From positions 1-64,000 of the forward strand of contig QHTZ01000079.1 in assembly GCA_003221005.1 (NCBI GenBank): 64,000 nt of DNA. The letters are read 5' to 3'. The translations under genes were made by a program, and so were the position numbers. Source of the DNA: Gemmatimonadota bacterium. Lineage in GTDB: Bacteria > Gemmatimonadota > Gemmatimonadetes > Gemmatimonadales > GWC2-71-9. Numbering within the stretch: position 1 is the first letter of the stretch; every line of letters begins with the position of its first letter. Below the pieces are notes generated by a model. The model was not told where the DNA came from and ran no database searches. It saw nothing but the letters and a program-made list of their open reading frames with translations. Shown here piece after piece: positions 26,896 to 38,274 of this stretch.

Positions 26896-28875
26896 CTATC
26901 GCACCGCCGCGCCGAGCACGACCACGACGCCGGCGACGAACAGCATCACGTAGAACCCCAGCTCGCCCGTCTGCAGCTGGCTCCCGACCCAGCCCAGGGC
27001 GCGGGACACGCGCGCGGCCCCGTTCACACCCACCTCGTCCACGAGGCGCTGGTCCACGAGCCGCCACAGCACCTCGCGCGACATCCACACGACCGGGCGG
27101 ACGATCAGGGCGGCGTACAGCTCGTCGATGTAGTACTTCTTCCACAGGAGCCGGCCGAGGCCGCGCTCGGGCGGCGCCAGCCGCGCGGGTACGAGCCGCT
27201 CGAGGTCGAGCAGTCGCCACGCGCCCACCAGCCCGGCGAGCGCGACGGCCACCGCGACCCCGATCAGCAGTCCTTCAATACCGGGTGCGGGCGACAGCAC
27301 CGGTGCGAGACGCGCCGCACCCTCCGTCACCGGCTCGAGCCAGTGCTCGAGACGCTCGCCCCCGCCCAGGAGCGGCGGCAGGTTCACCACGCCGCCCAGC
27401 GTCGTGAGCACGCCGAGGACGAGGAGCGGGCCCGTCATGACCCACGGGCCCTCGTGCAGCTGGGCGCGCTCGGCGTCGCCGGTGCGGTTCGGCCCGTGGA
27501 AGGTATAGAGCATCAGCCGCGTCATGTAGAACGCCGTGCACAACGCAGCCACGAGGCCTAAGCCCCAGAAGACATACCACGCGGGCTGGGCGGCGCCCCG
27601 CGCGAACGCCGCGCCCAGGATCTCGTCTTTCGAGAAGAACCCCGACAGCGGCGGCACTCCCGCGATGGCGAGCGTCGCGATCCACATCAGCCCACACGTC
27701 CAGGGCAGGTGCGCCTTGAGCCCGCCCATGTTGCGCATGTCCTGCGCGTCCTCGTGCGAGTGCGTGGCGTGATAGGCGCGGTGCATCGCGTGGATCACGC
27801 TCCCGGCGCCCAGGAACAAGAGCGCCTTGAAGAACGCGTGGGTCGTGAGGTGGAAGATCCCGGCGGCGTACGCGCCGCTGCCCACGCCGAGGAACATGTA
27901 GCCGAGCTGGGAGATGGTGGAATACGCAAGCACCTTCTTGATGTCCCACTGCTTGAGGCCGATCGTGGCGGCGAACAGCGCCGTGAGCGCCCCGACACCG
28001 GCCACGACCGCGCTCGCAACGGGGGACAGGGCGAACAGCACGGCGCAGCGAGCCACCAGGTAGACGCCTGCCGTCACCATGGTGGCCGCGTGGATCAGCG
28101 CCGAGACGGGGGTCGGGCCCTGCATGGCGTCCGGGAGCCACGTGTACAGGGGGATCTGCGCGGACTTGCCGGTGCACCCTAAGAACAGGAGCAGGGTGAT
28201 CGCCGTGATCGTCCGGTCGCCTGCCGTGAACGCCGTAGGCGCCCTGGCGAAGACATCCGTGAAGTCGAGCGACCCGGTGTGGCGGAAGATGAGGAGCATC
28301 GCCACCAGGAACCCAAAGTCCCCGATCCGGTTGACGATGAACGCCTTGAACCCGGCGTCGGCGTTGATCTTCTCGTTGAACCAGAAGCCGATGAGGAGAT
28401 AGGAGCACAACCCCACACCTTCCCACCCGACGAACATCACCGGGAAGCTCGCGCCGAGGACGAGCGTCAGCATGAAGAAGACGAACAGGTTCAGCTCCGC
28501 GAAGTAGCGGGCGTATCCCGGGTCGTCCTGCATGTAGCCGACGCTGTACAAGTGGATCAGGGCACTGATCCCCGTCACCACGAGGAGCATCACGCCCGAG
28601 AGCGGGTCGAGTTGGAGCGCGTAGTCGATGCGCAGCGGCCCGACCGGCAGCCAGGGCCAGTAGTGGAACACGAGCGGCGCTTCCGGGTGCAGCCGGGCGA
28701 GCTCGAACACGACCGCGACGGCGAGCGCGAACGCCGCGGCGAGCACGCCGACGCCGATCACGGACACCGCCCGTTTGCTCGCGGGACGCAGCAACGCGAG
28801 CGCGCCGTTCAGGACGAAGCCGGCGAGGGGCAGCGCCGGTACGAGCCACACGAATGCGAGGATGGAGCTGGGCAT
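26896..28875 (-). CDS. nuoL: NADH-quinone oxidoreductase subunit L
   Basis: GWEGVGLCSY, GKSAQIPL..WLPDAM.GPTPVSALIHAATMV, HAFFKA. Confidence 0.96.
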   Translation of the reverse strand: MPSSILAFVWLVPALPLAGFVLNGALALLRPASKRAVSVIGVGVLAAAFALAVAVVFELARLHPEAPLVFHYWPWLPVGPLRIDYALQLDPLSGVMLLVVTGISALIHLYSVGYMQDDPGYARYFAELNLFVFFMLTLVLGASFPVMFVGWEGVGLCSYLLIGFWFNEKINADAGFKAFIVNRIGDFGFLVAMLLIFRHTGSLDFTDVFARAPTAFTAGDRTITAITLLLFLGCTGKSAQIPLYTWLPDAMQGPTPVSALIHAATMVTAGVYLVARCAVLFALSPVASAVVAGVGALTALFAATIGLKQWDIKKVLAYSTISQLGYMFLGVGSGAYAAGIFHLTTHAFFKALLFLGAGSVIHAMHRAYHATHSHEDAQDMRNMGGLKAHLPWTCGLMWIATLAIAGVPPLSGFFSKDEILGAAFARGAAQPAWYVFWGLGLVAALCTAFYMTRLMLYTFHGPNRTGDAERAQLHEGPWVMTGPLLVLGVLTTLGGVVNLPPLLGGGERLEHWLEPVTEGAARLAPVLSPAPGIEGLLIGVAVAVALAGLVGAWRLLDLERLVPARLAPPERGLGRLLWKKYYIDELYAALIVRPVVWMSREVLWRLVDQRLVDEVGVNGAARVSRALGWVGSQLQTGELGFYVMLFVAGVVVVLGAAVR

Positions 28876-29170
28876 CAGCCCTTGAGGAGGTTGATGCGCT
28901 CGAGATTGAGCGTCGCGCGGTGGCGATAGATGGCGAGGATGATCGCGAGACCTACGGCCGCCTCGGCCGCGGCGACGGCCATGACGAAAAACACGAAGAT
29001 CTGGCCCGCGACGCCGAGGGTTTGGGCGAGCGCGATGAAGGTCAAGTTCACGGCGTTGAGCATCAGCTCCACGCACATGAAGATCACGATCGCATTGCGC
29101 CGCAGCAGCACGCCGGCGACGCCCAGCGTGAACAGCACCGCGGACACGAACAGCGAGGGACCGAGCAGCA

Positions 29171-29171
<1 letters not shown>
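28875..29171 (-). CDS. nuoK: NADH-quinone oxidoreductase subunit K
   Basis: [27 protein letters not shown]. Confidence 0.95.
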
Positions 29172-29692
<521 letters not shown>

Positions 29693-29695
29693 CGG

Positions 29696-30202
29696 CTACT
29701 CACCGCTGGGATCCGACGGATCCCACAAGGTCGACACCGGGTGCGTCTGCGCGCACAGCCGCTCGAGGTCGTACACGAAGCGGTCACGCGAGCATTCGGA
29801 GTTTTCGTAGTGCACCCCCACGTGGATCGCCTCCTCGGGGCAGACCTCCTGGCAGTAGCCGCAAAAAATGCAGCGAAACTCGTCGATCTCGTAGATGAGC
29901 GGATAGCGGTTCCCCTCCTCGTCTTCCCCCGGCACCAGCTTGATGCAATTGGCGGGACAGATCTGAGGGCACAGCCCGCAGGCCACGCACTTGGCGCGGC
30001 CCTGCTCGTCGGTGAGCATGCGATGCGTGCCGCGCCACCGCGGGGAGATCGTCCAGTCCGTGCTGCTCTTCTCCTCGGGGTACTGCATCGTGACCTTGGG
30101 CCGGAGCAGATGGCTCAGGGTGAGCGCCATCCCCTTGAGGGTCGCGCGCAGGTACGAGGTCTGGGCGACCGGCCGCTTGAGGACTTTCACGCCGATGGCC
30201 AT
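29696..30202 (-). CDS. nuoI: NADH-quinone oxidoreductase subunit I
   Basis: Two 4Fe-4S motifs: [12 protein letters not shown] and [12 protein letters not shown]. Confidence 0.96.
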   Translation of the reverse strand: MAIGVKVLKRPVAQTSYLRATLKGMALTLSHLLRPKVTMQYPEEKSSTDWTISPRWRGTHRMLTDEQGRAKCVACGLCPQICPANCIKLVPGEDEEGNRYPLIYEIDEFRCIFCGYCQEVCPEEAIHVGVHYENSECSRDRFVYDLERLCAQTHPVSTLWDPSDPSGE

Positions 30203-31371
30203 CAGGCGCCCCCCTCAGCGACCGAGCTCGCGATCAGGTGCCCGCGATCCAGCACGAAGAACAGCGGGATGGCGAGCAGGACGTTCAACCCGCACAGCGC
30301 GAGGGCGAACCGGCTGTCGTACGTCCACCCGAGCCGGTCATGCAGCACCCAGATCGCGGTGGCGAGCAGCGCGATGTACACCAGCGCGAGCGGCAGCATC
30401 ACCTTCCAACCGAGCGCCATGAGCTGGTCGTAGCGGAAGCGGGGCAACGTCCAGCGCACCCAGATATAGAGGAAAAGGAAGCAGCACACCTTGAGCGCGA
30501 AGACGCCCAGCGTGGCGAGGGTCTTCGCGACTGTCCAGGGCGGCGCGTCGTCCCAGTGGGTGAACGGAATGTCCCAGCCGCCGAAGAACAGCGTGGCCAT
30601 GAGCGCGGACGCCGTCACCATGTTGGCGTATTCCGCGATGTAGAACATCGAGAACTTCATCGCGCTGTACTCGGTGTGGTAGCCCGCGATCAGTTCGGCT
30701 TCGGCCTCCGGCAGGTCGAACGGCAAGCGGTTGGTCTCCGCGAACGCCGCTACCGTGAAGATGAAGTACGCGAGTCCGAGCGGGAACACGTTCCACGTGA
30801 AGAGCGACTGCTGCTGGCGCGCGACGACGTCCGAGAGCGTGACGTTGCCGGCCAGGAGCAGCACGGCGACCGTGCTCATCCCGAGCGCGATCTCGTACGA
30901 GATCATCTGTGCTGAGGAGCGCAGGCCCCCGAGCAGCGCGTACTTGTTGTTGGATGACCACCCCGCGAGCACGACCCCGTACACCCCGAGCGAGCCGATC
31001 GCGAGAATGTAGAGGAACCCCACCGGCAGGTCGGCCACCACGAGCGGCACATCGCCCCACGGGGTCGGCAGCGGGGCGCCGAACGGCACCACCGCGATGG
31101 CGAGCAGCGCCGGGACGAAGGCGAGCGCGGGCGCCAGCACGAACAGCAGCCGGTCGGCTTGCCCGGGCAGCGTCTCTTCCTTCAGCAGGTTCTTGAGGCC
31201 GTCGGCGGCGGGCTGGAGCAGGCCCTCGGGGCCGACGCGGTTGGGCCCGAGCCGGTCTTGTATCCAGGCGCAGATGCGCCGCTCGGCGAGCGTGAGCAGC
31301 GCCACGCCGACCATGATGACCGTGAACACCACGAGGATCTTCACGATCGAAGCGACGAGGAAGAAGGTCAC
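30202..31371 (-). CDS. nuoH: NADH-quinone oxidoreductase subunit H
   Basis: RLGPNRVGP.GLLQP.ADG.K, AETNRLPFDLPEAEAEL. Confidence 0.96.
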   Translation of the reverse strand: MTFFLVASIVKILVVFTVIMVGVALLTLAERRICAWIQDRLGPNRVGPEGLLQPAADGLKNLLKEETLPGQADRLLFVLAPALAFVPALLAIAVVPFGAPLPTPWGDVPLVVADLPVGFLYILAIGSLGVYGVVLAGWSSNNKYALLGGLRSSAQMISYEIALGMSTVAVLLLAGNVTLSDVVARQQQSLFTWNVFPLGLAYFIFTVAAFAETNRLPFDLPEAEAELIAGYHTEYSAMKFSMFYIAEYANMVTASALMATLFFGGWDIPFTHWDDAPPWTVAKTLATLGVFALKVCCFLFLYIWVRWTLPRFRYDQLMALGWKVMLPLALVYIALLATAIWVLHDRLGWTYDSRFALALCGLNVLLAIPLFFVLDRGHLIASSVAEGGA

Positions 31372-32963
31372 GCCGGCACCCCCGCATCCGCGCCGATCAC
31401 CCGGCCGCCGAGCCCGAGGTTGGCGTAGCTCAGTCCGGCAAACGCCGGCACCGACGCCGCCAGGCGGTCGAATACCTCGGCTGCGCTCGCGGGCGCGGTG
31501 CCGCGGCCGAGGCGCGCGCCGAGGGCGCCCAGCACCCACCACGCCGGTTGTGCCATTCCCGGCGCCGGCTTCGCCTGGACGTAGCGCTGCACACGCCCGT
31601 CGCGGTTCACGAACGTCCCTTCTTCCTCCGCCACGTTCGCGATCGGGAGCACGAGTTCCGCACTCCGCAGCGTGCCGTCTGCCCCCGGGTCGCTCCCATC
31701 CTCGGGCGGAACCGTGCCGAGGTAGATCAGCGCCCCCGCGGGTCGCACAGCGGCCTGGGGATCGTCGAGCACCAGCACGACGGCCGCCTGCTCGGCAGCC
31801 CGGAGCGCGGCGGCGTAGTCGGGGCCGTACCCCAGGAGATCCGCGCCGCGCGCGTTGGGTGCCCGCTCCGCGCGGAGCGCCAGGTCCGGCACGCCGGCGA
31901 GCGGCGCTTCCTCCCCCATCACTAATTGATACGCTCCCGTCCACTCGAAGCTTGCAAGCAGCTCGCGCGCGAGAAACAGGGCCTCGGTGGATACGCGGGG
32001 GGAGATGAGGGCCACGGCCGCGCCCCCGGCGCCGCGCAGGATGGCGGCCGCGCGCTCGAGCGCCTCGTCCCAGTCCACGGCGCGTGCGGTGCCGTCGGGC
32101 TGGCGGACGAGCGGTGCCTCGCTCCGGTCACCGCGGTTCATCCAGCGGTAGTTCATGCGCCCGTGGTCACAGATGAAGTAGCGGTTGACGGCGAGATTGG
32201 GGCGCGGCCGGATCCGCACTACCACGTCGTCCCGCGTGTCGAGCGTGATGTTGCAGCCCTGAGAGCACCCCGTGCAGATCGACGCGGTCTTGTCCAGCTC
32301 CCAGGCGCGCGCCTTGTGGAGGAAATCCTTCGACAGGAGCGACCCGACGGGGCAGAGGTCCACCACGTTGCCAGCCCAGGGATGATCGAGTCGCGCGTCA
32401 GGGTGGATCCCGATGTAGGCCCGGTCGCCGCGCTCCGAGACGTTGAGGACCGGCTCCTGCGCCACGTCCTCCATGAAGCGCACGCAGCGCGTGCACAGGA
32501 TGCAGCGGTTCGGCACAAAGAGCACGTCGGGCCCGAAGTCCTCCACCGGATTGAAGCGCTTGGCGTAGGCGGGGCTGTAGCGCGTGGCGGGGCGGCCCTC
32601 CTGGAACGTGAAGTCCTGGAGCTCGCACTCGCCCGCTTGGTCGCAGATGGGGCAGTCGAGCGGGTGATTGATCAGCAGCAGCTCGAGCACGCCCATGCGC
32701 CCGTCCCGCGCCTGGCGCGACTGCGTGTGCACCACCATGCCGTCCGTCACCGGCGTCGCGCAGGCAATCTGGAGCTTGGGAGCCTTCTCGATCTCGACGA
32801 GACACATGCGGCACACGCCGGCCACGGGGAGGCCGGGATGGTAACAGTAGTGCGGCACGAGGATCCCCGCTTGCTTCGCAGCCTCGATGACGAGCGTGCC
32901 CTTGGGGACGCTCACGGGCGCGCCGTCGATGGTCAGATTGACGAGACCGTTGGGATCGGGCAT
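31368..32963 (-). CDS. nuoG: NADH-quinone oxidoreductase subunit G (short form, ~531 aa)
   Basis: PHYCYHP...CRMC, NHPLDCPICDQAGEC.LQ, CILCTRCVRF, CTGCSQGC. Confidence 0.93.
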   Translation of the reverse strand: MPDPNGLVNLTIDGAPVSVPKGTLVIEAAKQAGILVPHYCYHPGLPVAGVCRMCLVEIEKAPKLQIACATPVTDGMVVHTQSRQARDGRMGVLELLLINHPLDCPICDQAGECELQDFTFQEGRPATRYSPAYAKRFNPVEDFGPDVLFVPNRCILCTRCVRFMEDVAQEPVLNVSERGDRAYIGIHPDARLDHPWAGNVVDLCPVGSLLSKDFLHKARAWELDKTASICTGCSQGCNITLDTRDDVVVRIRPRPNLAVNRYFICDHGRMNYRWMNRGDRSEAPLVRQPDGTARAVDWDEALERAAAILRGAGGAAVALISPRVSTEALFLARELLASFEWTGAYQLVMGEEAPLAGVPDLALRAERAPNARGADLLGYGPDYAAALRAAEQAAVVLVLDDPQAAVRPAGALIYLGTVPPEDGSDPGADGTLRSAELVLPIANVAEEEGTFVNRDGRVQRYVQAKPAPGMAQPAWWVLGALGARLGRGTAPASAAEVFDRLAASVPAFAGLSYANLGLGGRVIGADAGVPA

Positions 32964-34246
32964 CACGCCACCATCGCCCTGCGCCGCCCCGCGATGTAAT
33001 CCTCGAACTCGCCCCGGAACTTCTTGATCCCGCTCACGACCGGCGCGGCGCACGAATCGGACAGCACGCAGATCGTCTTGCCCGTCATATTCTCCGCCAG
33101 ATCGAGCAGCAGGTCGAGGTCCTGCATCTTCCCCTGCCCCGCGAGGACCCGCTCCAGGATCTTCGTGGTCCAGGCCGTCCCTTCACGGCACTGCGTGCAC
33201 TGAGCGCACGACTCGTGCGCATAGAAGCGCGCCAGCCGCATGATCTGGTAGACCATGTCGGCGGAGTCGTCGAACACGATCACGCCGCCCGAGCCGAGCA
33301 GCGTCCCTTCCGCGACGCAGCCTTCGTAGTCGAGCAGGCAGCGCTCCGTCTCCTCGCGGTTCAGGATCGGGACGGACGAGCCTCCCGGGATGCACGCCTT
33401 GAGCGTGCGGCCGGGCCGCATCCCGCCAGCGAGCTCGTACACGAGGTCCTTCAGCGGGAAGCCCATCGTCACTTCGTAGTTCCCCGGCTTCTGGATGTGC
33501 CCGCAGACCGAGAACAGCTTTGTCCCGGTGCTCTTGGGGCTGGAGAGAGACATCGCCTTGTGCCACGCCGCCCCATGTGTGATGATGTGCGGCACGACGG
33601 CGAGTGTCTCCACATTGTTGATCGTCGTCGGCATACCGAAGACGCCGAAGGCGGCGGGGAACGGCGGCTTGATGCGGGGGTTACCGCGCTTGCCCTCGAT
33701 CGAGCTCATGAGCGCCGTTTCTTCGCCGCAGATGTACGCTCCCGCGCCCTTGTGCAGGTAGATCTTGAACGTTCCCAGCGCCTTGGCGGCGGTCGCCTCG
33801 GCGAGGGCCTGTTCCATGACGGCGAACGGCTCGGTGAACTCCCCGCGGATATAGATGTAGGCGACGTCCGCCTGGATCGCGTGCATCGTGATGAGCGTGC
33901 CCTCGAGCAGCGCGTGCGGTGTCCAGCGCATGATCTCGCGGTCCTTGAACGTCCCGGGCTCCGACTCGTCGGCGTTCACACACAGGTAGTGCGGCTTCTT
34001 CTTGTCCTTCTCCTTGGGCATGAACGTCCACTTGAGGCCCGTGGGGAACCCTGCGCCGCCCCGGCCGCGCAGCCCCGACTCCTTCACGACGTCGGTCACC
34101 GCCGCCGGCGGCATCGCGAGCGCCTGCTGCAGCGCCTCGTAGCCGCCGCGCTTCACCCACCCCTTGTAACTGCGCGCCTCAGGGTCGCCAAAGTACTGCG
34201 ATAGGAGCACGGTCTCGCGAGCGTGAGGGTTGTGGGGGAAGCCCAT
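32963..34246 (-). CDS. nuoF: NADH-quinone oxidoreductase subunit F
   Basis: SGLRGRGGAGFPTG, NADESEPGT.KDR, GAYICGEETAL, CAQCTQCREG. Confidence 0.97.
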   Translation of the reverse strand: MGFPHNPHARETVLLSQYFGDPEARSYKGWVKRGGYEALQQALAMPPAAVTDVVKESGLRGRGGAGFPTGLKWTFMPKEKDKKKPHYLCVNADESEPGTFKDREIMRWTPHALLEGTLITMHAIQADVAYIYIRGEFTEPFAVMEQALAEATAAKALGTFKIYLHKGAGAYICGEETALMSSIEGKRGNPRIKPPFPAAFGVFGMPTTINNVETLAVVPHIITHGAAWHKAMSLSSPKSTGTKLFSVCGHIQKPGNYEVTMGFPLKDLVYELAGGMRPGRTLKACIPGGSSVPILNREETERCLLDYEGCVAEGTLLGSGGVIVFDDSADMVYQIMRLARFYAHESCAQCTQCREGTAWTTKILERVLAGQGKMQDLDLLLDLAENMTGKTICVLSDSCAAPVVSGIKKFRGEFEDYIAGRRRAMVA

Positions 34247-34247
34247 G

Positions 34248-34742
34248 CTACTTGTACTTCCTCACAATCTCCGGCACCCGCTCCGGCGTGACCGACTCGA
34301 CGAAGTCGGCGTTCACGAGCACCGGCGTGGCGAAGCCGCAGGCGCCGAGGCATTCCACTTCGGTGACGGTCCACGCTCCATCCGGGCTGGTGGCGCCGAG
34401 TTCCCTGGCGCCGGTATGCTCGAGGAAGGCCTGGACGACGTCCTCAGCCCCGCAGAGGTTGCACGGTGACGTCGTGCAGACCTGCACGAAGTTCCGGCCT
34501 ACCGGGTGCTGGTGAAACATCGTGTAGAACGTGACCACGCCGCGCACGTGCGCCGGCGTCACGCCGAGCAGCTCCCCCACTTCCACCATGCTGCGGTCGG
34601 AGACCCAGCCGCGCGCTTCCTGAACGAGCCACAACGCCGGCAGCATGGCGGCAGCCTTGGTGGGATAGCGCGTGAAGATCTCGCGCAGGCGATCGAGGGT
34701 CTTTCCGGTGAAGACCGGCTGGTACTCCTCCACCACGCTCAC
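34248..34742 (-). CDS. nuoE: NADH-quinone oxidoreductase subunit E
   Basis: VVTFYTMF, CTTSPC, ECLGACG. Confidence 0.95.
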   Translation of the reverse strand: MSVVEEYQPVFTGKTLDRLREIFTRYPTKAAAMLPALWLVQEARGWVSDRSMVEVGELLGVTPAHVRGVVTFYTMFHQHPVGRNFVQVCTTSPCNLCGAEDVVQAFLEHTGARELGATSPDGAWTVTEVECLGACGFATPVLVNADFVESVTPERVPEIVRKYK

Positions 34743-36004
34743 CGGTCGACCTCGCCCATGACGATGTCCACCGACGCGTTGATCGCGATCAGGTCGCTCA
34801 GCAGGTGTCCCTGGGCGAGCTTCGGCAGCACCGAGAGGTTAATGAACGCGGGCGGGCGGATGCGCCAGCGCACCGGCTTCGCGGTGCCGTCGGAGACGAA
34901 GTAGTTGCCAAGCTCGCCCTTGGGGTTCTCGATCCCGACATACGCTTCGCCGACGGGCGCCTTCACGCCCTCCATCACCTGTTTGAAGTGATAGATCATC
35001 GCCTCCATGTCGCTCATGGCACGGGACTTGGGGGGAAGGATGACGCGCGGGTCCGCGACGTTGATCGGGCCATCTGGGAGCCGCTCGAGCGCTTGCGCCA
35101 GGATGCGGTTCGACTGCCGGCACTCCTCGAGCCGCACGAGGTATCGGTCGTACACGTCCCCGTGCTCGCCTACGGGCACGTCGAAATCGTATGTCTCGTA
35201 GTCGAGGTACGGCTTGTCCTTGCGGAGATCGTACGGCACGCCGCTGGCGCGGAGCATCGGCCCGGAGAGTGAATGACTGACGGCGTCGGCGGCGCTGATC
35301 ACGCCTACGCCCTGCGTGCGGCCGGCCCACACGGCGTTGCGCGTCAGGACGCGGTCGATCTCGTCCAGTGTCTTCGGAAACGTCTGCGTGAACTCGCGCA
35401 GCCCCGCGGCGAAGCCGTCCGGGATGTCGGCCATGAGGCCGCCGACGCGGGTGAGACTGGTCGTGAGACGCGCCCCGGTCCACATCTCCTGCAGGTTATA
35501 GATCCGCTCGCGCTGCTGGAATGCCCACAGGAACGGCGTGAAGGCGCCCAGGTCGATCGACGTCGTGCCGAGCCAGACGAGGTGGGAGATGATCCGGCTC
35601 ATCTCACAGGCGATCAAGCGCAGCACCTTGCAACGGGGCGTGATCTCGATCCCCATGAGCACTTCGGCCGCGAGCGCGACGCCCACGTTGTTCGCCATCG
35701 GCGCGAGGTAATCCGTGCGGTCTGTGAGCGGAATGATCTGGTTGTAGTGACGGTATTCGCCGAGCTTTTCGAACCCCGAGTGGAGGTAGCCGATGTGCGG
35801 GATCACCCGCACCACGGTTTCCCCGTCAAGCTCGACGACGAGTCGTAGCACGCCGTGGGTGGCGGGATGCTGAGGCCCGAGATTGATGAGCATGTGCTCG
35901 CCGGCGAGGTCCGGCTCCGCCAGCCCGACGGGAACGCGAGTGGGCCGGCCCTGCGCGTCGATGCCGGGGGTCGCGAGGTCGAGCTCGACGGTGCGCTTGC
36001 TCAT
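34739..36004 (-). CDS. nuoD: NADH-quinone oxidoreductase subunit D
   Basis: NLGPQHPATHGVLR, IGYLH, IVMGEVDR. Confidence 0.97.
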   Translation of the reverse strand: MSKRTVELDLATPGIDAQGRPTRVPVGLAEPDLAGEHMLINLGPQHPATHGVLRLVVELDGETVVRVIPHIGYLHSGFEKLGEYRHYNQIIPLTDRTDYLAPMANNVGVALAAEVLMGIEITPRCKVLRLIACEMSRIISHLVWLGTTSIDLGAFTPFLWAFQQRERIYNLQEMWTGARLTTSLTRVGGLMADIPDGFAAGLREFTQTFPKTLDEIDRVLTRNAVWAGRTQGVGVISAADAVSHSLSGPMLRASGVPYDLRKDKPYLDYETYDFDVPVGEHGDVYDRYLVRLEECRQSNRILAQALERLPDGPINVADPRVILPPKSRAMSDMEAMIYHFKQVMEGVKAPVGEAYVGIENPKGELGNYFVSDGTAKPVRWRIRPPAFINLSVLPKLAQGHLLSDLIAINASVDIVMGEVDR

Positions 36005-36621
36005 TCGGAGTGCGGCAGCTTGCCACGCTCGCCCCGCTCGAGGCGCTCCTTCATGTCGCGCGGCAGCTCGTCGTATGCCTCGGCGATCGAGAGCTCTTCC
36101 AGGGAGTAGTGCGCTTCGGGGTTGGCAGCCAGCGCCTGTCGCACCTGTTCTGCGCGGCTGAAGCGCCCGCGCAAGGGAAAGTCCTTCCGGAGCGGATAAC
36201 CTTCTGCGTACGTCTCCCACATCAGAATACGCCGCAGGTCGGGATGTCCACGGAACGTGATCCCGAACATGTCGTACACTTCGCGCTCGAGCCACTCGGC
36301 GCCGGGCCACAGCGGCACGACCGAGTCCACCGCGAGCTCCCCGCGGGGATCGAGCTCGACCTTCACCCGCAGGTCCACGCGCCGCTCCAGCGATCGCAGG
36401 AAGTAAATGACCTCGAGCGGGCGCTCGCGGTCGCGGTACTCGACCGCTGTCACGTCCACCAGGTAGTCGTACCGCTCGCCCGGCGCGTCGCGCAGCCACT
36501 GCATCACTTCCCGCAACTGCTCGGCGCGGACGCAGACGAGGGTCTCGCCGTCGCGCGCCACGGCGGCGCGGCCGATGGCGGTGCTGAAGGTCGCTCGCAG
36601 GGCGTCGACGGAGGGGTTCAC
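36001..36621 (-). CDS. nuoC: NADH-quinone oxidoreductase subunit C
   Basis: [20 protein letters not shown]...PLRKDFP. Confidence 0.96.
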   Translation of the reverse strand: MNPSVDALRATFSTAIGRAAVARDGETLVCVRAEQLREVMQWLRDAPGERYDYLVDVTAVEYRDRERPLEVIYFLRSLERRVDLRVKVELDPRGELAVDSVVPLWPGAEWLEREVYDMFGITFRGHPDLRRILMWETYAEGYPLRKDFPLRGRFSRAEQVRQALAANPEAHYSLEELSIAEAYDELPRDMKERLERGERGKLPHSE

Positions 36622-37223
36622 GCCGACCGGAACTGGTGAACCGAGTTGCCGAACGGCTCCGAGATCTCGTCGATCTGATCAGGGGGCAGCCGCAGGCCCT
36701 TGTCGTCGAGGGGATGCTCCTCCCGCAGCGCGCGATCGCTCAGCGACTCGCCTTTGATCTTCTTGTGGAGCAGCAGCACGCCGTAGAGGAGGCCTTCAGG
36801 TCGGGGAGGGCAGCCGGGGACGTACACGTCCACCGGGACGATCGTGTCGATTCCCTGCACCATTGCGTAATTGTCGAAGATGCCGCCGCTCGAGGCGCAT
36901 GCGCCCATCGAGATTACCCACTTCGGCTGCGGCATCTGGTCGTAGACCCGGCGGATGACGGGGGCGAGCTTGAAGGGCAGCCGGCCGGCGCAGATCAGCA
37001 CATCGGCCTGACGCGGGCTGAACGCCTGGCGCTCCATTCCGAAACGTGCGAAGTCGAACCGGCTCGCCGCTGTCGCCATGAACTCGATAGCACAGCATGC
37101 CGTCCCGAACGGCATGGGCCACAGCGAGTTGGCCCTGGCCCAGTTCACGAGGTCGTCGAGTCGCGCGAGCAGCCAGTTGGGGCTCTGACCCGCGATCTCC
37201 TTCGTCTCCACCATATGTTTCAT
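36618..37223 (-). CDS. nuoB: NADH-quinone oxidoreductase subunit B
   Basis: [23 protein letters not shown]; the start could be 37223 or 37214. Confidence 0.96.
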   Translation of the reverse strand: MKHMVETKEIAGQSPNWLLARLDDLVNWARANSLWPMPFGTACCAIEFMATAASRFDFARFGMERQAFSPRQADVLICAGRLPFKLAPVIRRVYDQMPQPKWVISMGACASSGGIFDNYAMVQGIDTIVPVDVYVPGCPPRPEGLLYGVLLLHKKIKGESLSDRALREEHPLDDKGLRLPPDQIDEISEPFGNSVHQFRSA

Positions 37224-37230
37224 TCTGTGA

Positions 37231-37614
37231 TCAGTCCCAATCGAAGGCGCCCCGCTTCCACACATACACGTACCCCACGAACAGGATCGCGAGGAACACC
37301 AGCATCTCGGCGAGCAAGAACCCCATGCCGGGCCCCGTCCCCCCCGCCCCGTCTCCGCTGAAGTAGATCGCGCCCCACGGGATCAAGAAGACGGTCTCGA
37401 TGTCGAATACGATGAACAGCATCGCGACCAGGTAAAACTTGACCGAGAACCGTTCGTGGGCGTCCCCCAGCGGCGGCATGCCGCTCTCGTACGGCTCGAG
37501 CTTCGAGGGGGTGGGTCGCCGCGGCGCGGCGAAATGCGAGACACCGATCAGAAGCGCGGCGTTCGCGACCACGAAAACCGCGTATAGGAGGAAGGATACG
37601 TAGGGTTCGCGCAT
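37231..37614 (-). CDS. nuoA: NADH-quinone oxidoreductase subunit A
   Basis: [19 protein letters not shown]. Confidence 0.96.
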   Translation of the reverse strand: MREPYVSFLLYAVFVVANAALLIGVSHFAAPRRPTPSKLEPYESGMPPLGDAHERFSVKFYLVAMLFIVFDIETVFLIPWGAIYFSGDGAGGTGPGMGFLLAEMLVFLAILFVGYVYVWKRGAFDWD

Positions 37615-37626
37615 GCGATGCGACGG

Positions 37627-37655
37627 AAAATCACGCTTTGGTATGGGCTTGTCAA
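37627..37655 (-). promoter_or_regulatory. Putative sigma70 promoter of the nuo operon
   Basis: Perfect TTGACA-17 nt-GATTTT upstream of nuoA; the -10 is weak. Confidence 0.5.
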
Positions 37656-37689
37656 CCGAACCGAGTGGCGTAAGTGCCGATGGGGCCGA

Positions 37690-37695
37690 TATATT
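37690..37695 (+). promoter_or_regulatory. -10 box of dcd (near-leaderless)
   Basis: TATATT ends 8 nt before the ATG at 37704; no SD. Confidence 0.5.
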
Positions 37696-37703
37696 GCGCG
37701 CCC

Positions 37704-38264
37704 ATGTCCATCAAGTCCGACCGCTGGATCCGCCGCATGGCGCGCGAGCGGCGGATGATCGAGCCGTTCGCCGACCGCCAGGTCACGGCGGGGGTCATCT
37801 CCTTCGGGGTGTCGTCGTACGGGTACGACATGCGCGTCGCACCCGAGTTCCGGATCTTCACGAACGCGCTCTCGGCGGTCGTCGACCCCAAGCACTTCGA
37901 CCCTCGCTCGTTCGTCGAGTTCGCCGGGGACGTCTGCATCGTGCCGCCCAACTCGTTTGCGCTCGCCCGCTCGATCGAGTACTTCCGCATCCCGCGGAAC
38001 GTCCTGACCGTGTGCGTGGGGAAGAGCACCTACGCCCGCTGTGGGATCATCACCAACGTGACGCCGTTCGAGCCGGAGTGGGAGGGCTTCGTGACCCTCG
38101 AGATCTCGAACACGACACCCCTCCCGGCCAAGATCTACGCCAACGAGGGGATCGCCCAGGTACTGTTCTTCACGGCGGACGAAGGCGACGAGTGCGAGCA
38201 GAGCTACGCCGACAAGCGCGGCAAGTACCAGGCCCAGACGGGCATCACCCTGCCCAAGCTGTAG
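37704..38264 (+). CDS. dcd: dCTP deaminase
   Basis: [41 protein letters not shown]. Confidence 0.96.
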   Translation: MSIKSDRWIRRMARERRMIEPFADRQVTAGVISFGVSSYGYDMRVAPEFRIFTNALSAVVDPKHFDPRSFVEFAGDVCIVPPNSFALARSIEYFRIPRNVLTVCVGKSTYARCGIITNVTPFEPEWEGFVTLEISNTTPLPAKIYANEGIAQVLFFTADEGDECEQSYADKRGKYQAQTGITLPKL

Positions 38265-38274
38265 TCCCCGCCCC

